Part shown: positions 52,001 to 60,767 of the stretch, one piece after another
Numbering within the stretch: the stretch's first letter is position 1
Layout of the letters: every line of letters starts with the position of its first letter
Assembly: GCA_002633005.1 (NCBI GenBank)
Contig: NMRA01000642.1
Location: forward strand, 159,285 to 223,284
DNA length: 64,000 nucleotides
From: Phoronis australis
Taxonomy: Eukaryota; Animalia; Phoronida
Direction of reading: 5' to 3'
The notes under the pieces: model-generated
The model's input: only the letters and a program-made list of their open reading frames with translations
Told to the model about the DNA's origin: nothing
Databases searched by the model: none
Translations under genes and position numbers: made by a program

Positions 52001-55000
52001 ATGATGTTTGCAATGAATGTAATCTGTGGAGAATGTGGAAGTTCTTAAACTCTTTCGACAATAACGTTTTGGGGATGTTTTATAATAAGTTTTTTTCGCA
52101 TTACACTTTATAGACTTAAATGTACGAGCTAATAGAATGGAGACCCTTTACGTATTCAGTTATTTCCTTCATTATTAAAGATGTTATATTACAGTTAAAT
52201 TAATTCACTTTCCTTTTCTATGTGACTTTTCGGCAACATGTACTTTTATCTATGGCTATGGTGCAACNNNNNNNNNNNNNNNNNNNNNNNNNNNNNNNNN
52301 NNNNNNNNNNNNNNNNNNNNNNNNNNNNNNNNNNNNNNNNNNNNNNNNNNNNNNNNNNNNNNNNNNNNNNNNNNNNNNNNNNNNNNNNNNNNNNNNNNNN
52401 NNNNNNNNNNNNNNNNNNNNNNNNNNNNNNNNNNNNNNNNNNNNNNNNNNNNNNNNNNNNNNNNNNNNNNNNNNNNNNNNNNNNNNNNNNNNNNNNNNNN
52501 NNNNNNNNNNNNNNNNNNNNNNNNNNNNNNNNNNNNNNNNNNNNNNNNNNNNNNNNNNNNNNNNNNNNNNNNNNNNNNNNNNNNNNNNNNNNNNNNNNNN
52601 NNNNNNNNNNNNNNNNNNNNNNNNNNNNNNNNNNNNNNNNNNNNNNNNNNNNNNNNNNNNNNNNNNNNNNNNNNNNNNNNNNNNNNNNNNNNNNNNNNNN
52701 NNNNNNNNNNNNNNNNNNNNNNNNNNNNNNNNNNNNNNNNNNNNNNNNNNNNNNNNNNNNNNNNNNNNNNNNNNNNNNNNNNNNNNNNNNNNNNNNNNNN
52801 NNNNNNNNNNNNNNNNNNNNNNNNNNNNNNNNNNNNNNNNNNNNNNNNNNNNNNNNNNNNNNNNNNNNNNNNNNNNNNNNNNNNNNNNNNNNNNNNNNNN
52901 NNNNNNNNNNNNNNNNNNNNNNNNNNNNNNNNNNNNNNNNNNNNNNNNNNNNNNNNNNNNNNNNNNNNNNNNNNNNNNNATGTTAGTTTTAAAGATCAAG
53001 TGACGTCGCTAAAAAGATGGCGTATATGTCATTGGGCAGGTAATTAGCGTTTGTTAGCAGCTTCAGTATCAGTGTTCGGATTTTTGTTGAGTGTATTACC
53101 AAACATTCACATGTACGTTTCGGCTAAATGAAGCAGTGTCCACTGTGGCTGACAAAGCCTTTTCTTAATTTTCTATTAGCAAAAACAGTAAACCTAGCGA
53201 CTGTTCACACATGATTTCTATTCACTTATGTAGCTGCCGAGGCATAACGTAAATAATTTGAAGAGGCCTAGAACGCGAAAAACGGGCTAAATTGCGTTAT
53301 TCATTCAGGGTTTTTCTGCCACTGAAACAAAAGCCATTTATCCAATGTGTTCGTAACATTTTATATTTAGTGTTGATGACAAAGTGTTTTTGTTTTAGTT
53401 TCAAATTTCAAAAAATAGCTGTCAACTGTTCGCCACTTATCAATTTTTCTCCAGCAAAGCACGTCTGCTTATTTCGTATTACAAGGCACAGACATAGCAC
53501 ATTCCGCTCCGATGGAAAAATGATCTTTGACCCTTGATAGAAACAACACAATCTTGACTTCAAGCAGCAGCCAGTCCAATTAAGAAACAATTGTTTGAAA
53601 TTAGTTATTAATGTATCGTAATATTCAAACATTCTAAAATTCGTTAAGTACATGTATGAAAGCCAAAAACAGAAGAAAGAAAACAAGGCGACCAAATCCA
53701 ATCAATGACCTACCATTGTTACAAATGCTGATACCGACAGAGTGTATTCATCTCGTCTCTTCTTCATTTTTGGGAGAGTGTGAGGAACTACGGAATATGT
53801 TTTCTTCATTATATACAGTTTAGAAAAACAAAATTTTAATTAAATGTATCGCAACATTACCATGGGTATATTGTTAACAAGTATACAATAGATGGCAAAT
53901 AATAGAAATGTGAAATTCTACACATTCATTTTAACGTGCTTTCTTCCTATGTTTAGTAGAACAGAGCCATCGTGGAACTCTTCCCGTGACAACGATAACA
54001 CGGTCACAATGGTTGTCATTGTCTACTACACAGGCCTTGTGGATGACATAGTGCTTTTCAACACGTTAGGAAGTTAACTAACATGACATCTGTCAGCCTT
54101 CAAGATGGGCCTGAAAATTATAAATTTGTGTGATTTGTAGGATGGAGCAACTGCTTACGATGTCTGTGGCGACCAGTGTAATGTGTTTTTTAACAAGGTC
54201 GACGATGGGACTATCGAGAAAATAAAGAAAGTCCTTAAGGTATGTAGTGGTGAAAAAATATTCAGATTTTTGTTTTGAATAGAAAAATGTGTTTTTATGA
54301 TTTATCAGCGTTATGAAGGAATCTCAGTAGTATTGCCATCAATTATCGAACCTCCAAAGGCAACACTTTGCATGTACTGAGGTGTATCTCGGCAGAAGAT
54401 AAAACAGAAGCATCCCGCTCAAGAGCTCACTGTGTTGGACTTCCATGTTTATCTGCATTGTATTTACAGGGCAGTCACAAAACTACATTACCATGTTGCA
54501 AGGGAAGACATACTTACAATATCGTCATGCCAATAATATTTTATGAGAATTTACTTGCGTTGTTATCAATTATCGCGTTGGTGTCGTTTAAGAAAATGTG
54601 TTACTCTTCTTAAACGCCATTTGCTCCGTTGGGAAAAAGTCCCGAGTTTCAACACTGATCCCTTCAGAGATGTAATTCAGATTTAACTGTACATGTAGGT
54701 CTCGTGAGTTTACTAATGTATGGCGTGTATTTAATACATTGTATAATTGTTTTTTGGTTATAAATATACATCTTTGTAACGCAAGTGCGAGGAAGGTTAT
54801 ATCTCCTGATCTCTTTGTCATTTACACAGGTCAGGAGACAATTTAATAACATGTTTGTGTGAATATTTGTATTATTTTAATTGGCAATTGGTTGCCTGCA
54901 GGAGCGCATGCGACTGGAACAGCAAAGCGGACCACCTCCCCCAAATGAAGACGCCCATAAAGGTCCTGCATCCGTTGCTGAAAAAGCGAACGTGTTATTA

Positions 55001-58000
55001 GCAGCGCTGGAAGATTATATAAACGCAATAGGTGAAAGCATACCTGATGGTGTGGTAAACGTGAACGTACAAGTAAAACGAAAGGACGACAGGACACTGG
55101 AACTATGTAGCGTGGATACTACATTGAAGGGTATTGTATGCTGTGACGTTTAGTATCACTGTACGAGGTTGAGAAAAGTGAAAACATGACTATGTTTCAG
55201 ATTTCTTACATCCAACTCGATCGGCTTACGGAAAATAATACATTTAGTTTGAAATTCGTAAAAACATATTTTGTGTTTTTTCGGGCATAAGCTTGTCTGT
55301 TATTTCTCATACCAATCTTTTCGTAACTGAATATGTGATCTTCACATGTTAGAGCATCGAGGACGCATTGCATGTTGGCAATTTTTAATCCCTCAAATCG
55401 AACCGTCTCCCTCGAACTCGGCTCCAGGATATGATGGTAATTGTTTCTATAATTTTCAGAGAACTCGTAACTCCGTATAATAACAAAAAATAATAACATT
55501 GTTAAACATTGCCTGAAACTAAGACAAAAAGAAAGTTCTAGTATTCAGCATCTATGAGCATGCTCAAACATAGACTATTGCAAGAGATACTGCAATAAGG
55601 CAACTTTAACTTCGTGGACAACTACTTGAATGACAGTTAATGCTTCATAAATCCACAGAAAATCTTGTGCGCTTAAAGTAGTACCATACATTTTGGTTTT
55701 TCCAAAAGATTTTTCCATTTTGACTTCCGGCTTTCAGGTGCATGCGCTTAAGTTCCAAAATTTGACGGTTTTGAGCTCAGATTATAGACGCTACTTTACT
55801 TTTTTACCAAAATATACCGAACTCATTTATTTTGCACACCGTATACCGTCAGTGACGTTCTGGTGGAAGTAAGCCTGGTAGAGTGGTGTTTATGTTCTAA
55901 AAATGTACACTTTTAATGCTGTAAATTTTACTTTTATCAAAGCGTTTAGCCATCGATCTTGATAAAGTAACACTTGGTTAGTCGAATACATCTCCATATT
56001 CTAAAAAGTTACTCAATACTTTACTGTAACTGTTAGATCACTTTATTTTCAATTGTTTGACTTGTGTTTGAGCACCATAATCAAGACAAGTTGTACTCAA
56101 ATGTCCTCATAGGTGCAAGTGGCTATTGATATTAGTCAAACAGGCAAAGATCTGCAATTACATGAAGGTGCACACGCTCCATTACGTGGCTATACAGTTC
56201 CACTTGATTTTGCATATAAATCAACACGTGACGAAATTGGGAAATGAAAATTTCAACTTTCCTGACATGTCATATGTTCTCAGAATAATTACTTTTTGCA
56301 AAACTTTCTATTGCAGTGACTCCTAGTTGGAAGTCTTCAAACAGAATTTTAATATTGATGAAACAAATACCTGTAAACGTATTTACAATGAGAATTAAAG
56401 TGAAAGTCACTGTATAAACTTGTGAACAAAGACATACACCAGTTGGAATGAAGAAATCTTGATTATTGAAATTATTATTGAAAACACATTTGACAACAAG
56501 TCTCAAATTGACATGACATCCCGGTCTGCTTTGCAATAAATACTTGGAAGTGTCTACTACCAGACTTTACATGGATGTATAAGATATAGCGAACCACGCG
56601 CAGTAGTGTTTTTTTAAAACAAAGCATAACCTTCCAGGTAGGCCTACTATGCAGGCCAATTTTATGTCCTTGTTTTAAGTTTATTTTTGGAACTTGTTTA
56701 TTAAATGTATCACTTCTTGCCTAATGGAAACCGGTGTGGAGGTGTAAAATGAACTTTCTTCTCGGCATGCTTAAATTGTGTCAATGATCACCACAAAAGT
56801 GCAACAAACTATGCAAATTTTCAATATTCCAGTTTAGAAAATGTATTTTGTGTTGCACCATGTAATATTAAATGTCTATATGTCGACATATAACTTTTCA
56901 GACAGTGCAAGGTTATTATTTTCGGTAGTGTTGTGATTTAAAATAAAAAATAAACTTTTATAAAAACCGGTTTTACTGCACCGAAATCTGCCTGAGTGTG
57001 AGAAATTCAAGATACAGGTATTTGTTTCAAACAACTAATCCAATGAATAACCTTGTTGGCACACCTTATTGAATTGTTCACTGATCAAGTGGAAAGTAGG
57101 CCCAATGCGTTCTGCTTGTAAATTGCTTTGTGGGGGAACTGGACACCCCAGATGTTTACGATATGTGTGGTTGTATTAGTCGCAACACTACACTGTATGA
57201 TCCAGCCAGACGGCTGTTACTCTTTCAGTCTAGGGAGAAAACCTGGCAACGAATGCATGGTTTTGAAAAAAGGCACGGTCTGGGTCTTCAGTATTTGGTC
57301 ATTTACTGCAACATTATCGAAGTGTCGTTACCATGCATCTTTTTTAATTTCAGAATATTTTCCACGCTCTGTTCCCGTAAAAAAGCAGTCTGGTCTTTTT
57401 GGCACGATCCCTGACAGGGGAGAAAAGGTGATTTCAGCACACCTCCAAAAGTCTCTGACCAATGCAGTATCAGCAGTAGCCCAACTTAAGCGGTCAGATG
57501 GACTTGGGGTGGGGTCGGGCTTCCGAGTCGGGCTCACTTACGTGATGACGAACTATCACGTGTATAAGTTGCTGAGTCTTGATGTTGCCAGTAAGTATAT
57601 CGATGGTTGATTGATTGATTGTCGAGGTTAAATCTACCTGTATGGTAAGTTGCTGTTGTACAGTTTGTCTACATTCGTTCAGAAGTACATGGTGTAGGTC
57701 AACATGTCTCAGAATTAGCATGGAAGTACAAATATATAAGGACATGGATTGTCTGCAGCTTACTCTCTGTAGTAGTATTATTGCCTCATTTTATTTCCGT
57801 TTGAGAATGAGACAAGTATGTTTCGAAATAAAGCGTGTGTCATTTAATCATGTTTTGTTCAGTTGTTTCACCGATGTTCTGTTGAGTGTAGAACTTTGTT
57901 CCGAGGATACGAAATGAACGGAATAAAGGCTGTTAATGACGACAAGTGCGCTGTATTTAATCAATTTTGCACACCAAAAAAACTATAATAGGAACTATGC

Positions 58001-60767
58001 AATGTTAATTCCGACACAAAATTTCATGATTTTTTCAAATAAAGGAAATTTTTGTGAATTAATTCCTAAAGGTTAGGCTCTGGCATTGATTTGTTTGGTT
58101 TTGCGTTAGTAATGAAACGACAATTAGTCTTCACCTGCTCATCTCAGTCACATGTGTTTTACAGTGAATAAAAACGCAGCAATCTTTTACTTCGACAAGC
58201 GATCAGAGCAGTGTACACCAAAAGCAATACCTATCGGGTCTCTGGTAGCCTACAATGAAGAGCTCGATGTGGCTGTATTGGAACTGGATTTCAACTCGCC
58301 TCTTACGGCAGCATTCACCAACTGTGAACAGATCAACAAGCTCTCATTACCGCCAGCATTGACAAACTTCAAGGCTATTTCTCAACAAGAACAAGTACAT
58401 TTTGCTGGACATTCAGACAAAACTGACCATAAAGTTGTGCAAGTCCATTGTCCTGTTGTCCTCATGGATCCAGCAGATTTCTTGAAAACGGTAAAAAATG
58501 ATGACATCATTTCACGCTAAGTAGTCACGTGTTTATGCAGCATCTGGTGATTGGCTGTACAGCAACTTAAAGCCATTCACAGTGAAGCACGTGTCCGTTT
58601 CTTTCACTTACCAAGACAATAATCCCTTAACGACTTGATCAGTGAAAAAATTGTAACTTAGTCCGAAAATCCTTAACTCAAGATTGTAATTTTTGTTGAC
58701 TAAACCTTCCGTCGCCGGTCACACTACGACACAGGCTAAGTAAGCACGTAAATAATTACTTTTACGCCGTTAAGTGCTGTAAATAATCAATTTACGTCGT
58801 TCATAATTAATTTGCACAAGTAATTTACATGCCTAACGTTCACTCACTGTGGGCATCATATACTGTCTCTTCAAATGGTCACGTGAGCGGGCCAGCCTGT
58901 TTCAAGTGCCGCCGCGTGCTATTGTAATACAGATATCAAGGTTATGGGGAACCTATCAACAAGTCTATGTATTTAACAAATTATCTAGAAAACTTTTTTA
59001 ACTATAAGTCAGCATATTTTCTGAAGGTAGAGAAGTTTGTAGAATTTCCTTATAACCAATCCGTCACTATACCGTGTCATGTGTCCCAGTCTTTTCAGTA
59101 AAATTTAAAAAATAGGAACATTCATTGCAAAACAGCATCATCAATAACTCTATCAAACTTCATTTGATTTCCTAAAACCCCTTTGATGTGGTGATGTAGT
59201 ATCATCATCTGTCTACATCAACCTCTGGCATGTTTACATTGGCGTTGTAGCTAGAGGTTGGTGCAAATAGACCAATAAAGTTTAGGGTGTTTATTTGATA
59301 TTATGTTTCAAAAATCCTGTTACAGTTTTCTGAAACACAAGTTCGTTTTGGTCGCACGCAACTTGAGAATTCATCGTGAAATCATAAAAACCAGCCTATT
59401 TTGAAAGCCTCCCATCTACCAAGTGGTAGATTATTAAATGCCATTATATACCTAAGCTTGTTTTGGAAACATTATTGAGAATAATATCAGAGGGTTTCAC
59501 GTAAATCCGCACAGCCCTTTCCGACAGAGACATGATGTTCAGAAGTTACCTAAAAATAGACATTTTCATTGGGTCCTACTTCACCTTAAACTTCGCGAAA
59601 TACAGGAACAATATTACATACGTTTCAATACAACACAGATGGCCATCTAGTCGCAGCTCCAGTCACTTCAACATTTGATCAGGTCAGGGGCCCTGGACGT
59701 CAGGTTGGCTAGATATATCCTCAAATTGGGAACACCCCGTTATTCAGTCATACAATGGTTACTTAAATGTAGAATTTTATCCCCTCCTAGTGCTATACCC
59801 GTATTGAGTAATATCGAGCTGGCTTTGTGTCTTGCCTCGTTAGCCTATCATAAGCTCTGAAAGTGTGAAGGTGCGGAAATACTTCAAAATGGCTACATCC
59901 GGGTGCCAGTTGTGGTGCATAGCTGGATGCTGCGTACAGTTTCAGATAGTGACTCATTGTCTGTTATGATACGTTATTTGTCGCAAATAACATGGACAAA
60001 CATCAGTGAATGATTGAAACATGGCTGGTATTCAACGTCAAGAAACTGCTACGTCGACAAATAATACTATTTATTTCTAATAATGGGGTCCTTTTTATTT
60101 AACCGGTCATTTGTGATTGTTGCCAGATGATACCCTATCCTGTATCTCTTTTATATTTAAATTGGGACGCATGGTTAGCACATTGTGCTCTTTGTGCGGT
60201 TTTATCGGTTTAGTTTTGTCCATAATGAGCAAAGGTCTTTTAGGGGCCCCAGAATTTAATACGTCGATCGGCTGAATGGATATGTTGTACTGTTATCAAT
60301 CGGACAGTTGGCTAAAGTTCGGTTACACGGTTAGCAACGAACGCAAGAATATAGGCGACATATTTTCAGATTTTCAATGATTGTATGCAACAAATGATAA
60401 ATCACTCATTTACACATTTCAGATTAGCGAGCTCAAACAATGGGCTCAGAAAGTATTTCCTAAGGGGTTTGAGGCATTCTCAAAAATCGACGACCCAAAG
60501 CGAACACTTTACAGAACAAGTCCAAAATTTGGCCATGGCAGCTCAGGAAGTCCTGGTTTTGTACCCGATGACCAACAGGAGGCTAGCGTGGCTGTGATAC
60601 AAACACGTGGATTCCCGGATCTGCCAGACGATCACTCAGTGCCTCAAAATCAAATCAAGGCTCGCATGGTTGAGCAAGGCATTAGGATAGAGGCAGTGTA
60701 TGATTTTCTCCATGCCACCCACCCAGTATTATGCAGGGATATTTTTGGTCTTGTTAGACCCAGTTAG
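24347..60767 (+). CDS. 12-exon gene: ankyrin-repeat protein fused to a C-terminal FAM111-like trypsin-fold serine protease (~626 aa)
   Basis: Exons 24347-24406, 33900-33989, 42271-42366, 42933-43031, 43592-43690, 44248-44346, 44881-44982, 54141-54239, 54902-55130, 57354-57590, 58165-58490, 60423-60767. All introns are GT..AG and the phases (0 x8, 1, 1, 0) join into one frame with no internal stop. TPLH ankyrin motifs lie N-terminal to the protease motifs TNYHV, ELDVAVL and GSSGSP. Extra exons could be hidden, for example in the gap at 52268-52979. Confidence 0.85.
25029..25078. repeat. (AT)n microsatellite in intron 1
   Basis: Read directly from the sequence. Confidence 0.95.
28627..28686 (+). 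ncRNA. Possible minimal (Penelope-type) hammerhead ribozyme motif
   Basis: Core CTGATGA (28639-28645), weak stem II gat..atc, then CGAAAC-GTT (28664-28672). The flanks catgt(c)tcat and atgaacatg can pair. Confidence 0.4.
29346..30112. other. Assembly gap
   Basis: Run of N inside the Gypsy element. Confidence 1.
30300..30564 (+). repeat. 3' LTR (265 bp)
   Basis: Begins TGTTGT immediately after the polypurine tract and ends ACAACA. Internal AATAAA at about 30472. Confidence 0.75.
32010..32090 (-). mobile_element. Possible tRNA-derived SINE head
   Basis: The minus strand has a B-box-like T arm, CCTGGGTTCAAGTCCCA. No intact cloverleaf is visible. Confidence 0.35.
32571..33868. mobile_element. 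~1.3-kb decayed TIR element ending about 30 bp before the exon 2 acceptor
   Basis: GGCTAAATCACATCAAGGTCCAT at about 32575 is an imperfect inverted copy of ATGGACCTTGATTGTGATTTGGCCG at about 33840. Both ends sit next to TA. Confidence 0.55.
33900..33989 (+). CDS. Exon 2, first ankyrin repeat (IRAAAETGDCSTVVEYVNRGWDVNQELFLL)
   Basis: Acceptor ttattttcag|, donor |gtaagt, 90 nt, phase 0/0. Shows the ankyrin pattern AAxxGD...V..xG.DVN. Confidence 0.8.
42271..42366 (+). CDS. Exon 3, ankyrin repeat (DDTALHCAAQVGHTEVVRVLCKAGAKVNKQGW)
   Basis: Acceptor tttctgcag|, donor |gtaata, 96 nt. Consensus ankyrin TALHxAAxxGHxEVVxxL..GA.VN. Confidence 0.92.
42933..43031 (+). CDS. Exon 4, ankyrin repeat A (EDNTPLHCAALNGRTQTVKCLVEHNATVDVRNE)
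   Basis: Acceptor ttacatag|, donor |gtaatt, 99 nt, phase 0/0, TPLH motif. Confidence 0.92.
43592..43690 (+). CDS. Exon 5, ankyrin repeat B (GGKTPLHCAAQRGHTQTVKCLVEHNASVDVRNE)
   Basis: Same splice context as exon 4, 99 nt, TPLH motif. Confidence 0.92.
44248..44346 (+). CDS. Exon 6, ankyrin repeat C (MGLTPLHCAAQRGHTQTVKCLVEHNATVDVRDL)
   Basis: Same splice context as exons 4 and 5, 99 nt, TPLH motif. Confidence 0.92.
44881..44982 (+). CDS. Exon 7, ankyrin repeat (DGDTPLHLASHRGQAAVVELLVREGSCDAAAVNK)
   Basis: Acceptor tttactgtag|, donor AAG|gtatct, 102 nt, GDTPLHLA consensus. Confidence 0.92.
46117..51985 (+). mobile_element. Four nested copies of a Helentron/DINE-1-like non-autonomous element with internal ~425-bp tandem repeats
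   Basis: Four heads TATTACTCTG(C/T)GCGTG at about 46117, 46179, 46257 and 46312, followed by a (TTATTC/TTC)n tract. Four bodies each end in CACGCGCAGAGT (reverse complement of the head motif), the hairpin TTATTGTCAC-nnn-GTGACAATAA and CTAG, at 47984, 49169, 50798 and 51985. Confidence 0.85.
52268..52979. other. Assembly gap in intron 7
   Basis: Run of N. Confidence 1.
54141..54239 (+). CDS. Exon 8, C-terminal ankyrin cap (DGATAYDVCGDQCNVFFNKVDDGTIEKIKKVLK)
   Basis: Acceptor atttgtag|, donor AAG|gtatgt, 99 nt. GxTAYD is typical of a terminal ankyrin repeat. Confidence 0.85.
54902..55130 (+). CDS. Exon 9, Pro-rich linker and small unassigned region (ERMRLEQQSGPPPPNED...SVDTTLK)
   Basis: Acceptor cctgcag|, donor G|gtattg. 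Phase 0 in and phase 1 out match both neighbouring exons. Lies within ORF 54881-55153. Confidence 0.8.
57354..57590 (+). CDS. Exon 10, protease N-terminal part with catalytic His (SAVAQL...GSGFRVGLTYVMTNYHV)
   Basis: Acceptor ttaatttcag|, donor A|gtaagt, phase 1/1. GSGF...TNxHV is the HtrA/V8/FAM111-type trypsin-like motif. Confidence 0.92.
58165..58490 (+). CDS. Exon 11, protease middle part with catalytic Asp (EELDVAVLEL...VHFAGHS..K....CPV)
   Basis: Acceptor ttttacag|, donor ACG|gtaaaa, phase 1/0. Resembles the FAM111 pattern ELDYAVLKL...IIGHP..K...C.V. Confidence 0.9.
60423..60767 (+). CDS. Terminal exon 12, protease C-terminal part with catalytic Ser (FGHGSSGSPGF...EQGIRIEAVYDFL...DIF*)
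   Basis: Acceptor acatttcag|, phase 0, GxSGSP nucleophile motif, stop TAG at 60765-60767. Confidence 0.92.
   Translation: MSELKQWAQKVFPKGFEAFSKIDDPKRTLYRTSPKFGHGSSGSPGFVPDDQQEASVAVIQTRGFPDLPDDHSVPQNQIKARMVEQGIRIEAVYDFLHATHPVLCRDIFGLVRPS

Noticed and set aside
52222-53047. Three long ORFs
   Set aside because: Artefacts of translating through Ns.
57128-57353. Hydrophobic N-terminus of ORF 57128-57610 as a signal peptide for a secreted protease
   Set aside because: It begins at a non-ATG codon and lies upstream of a strong, phase-matched acceptor at 57353, so it is best read as intron.
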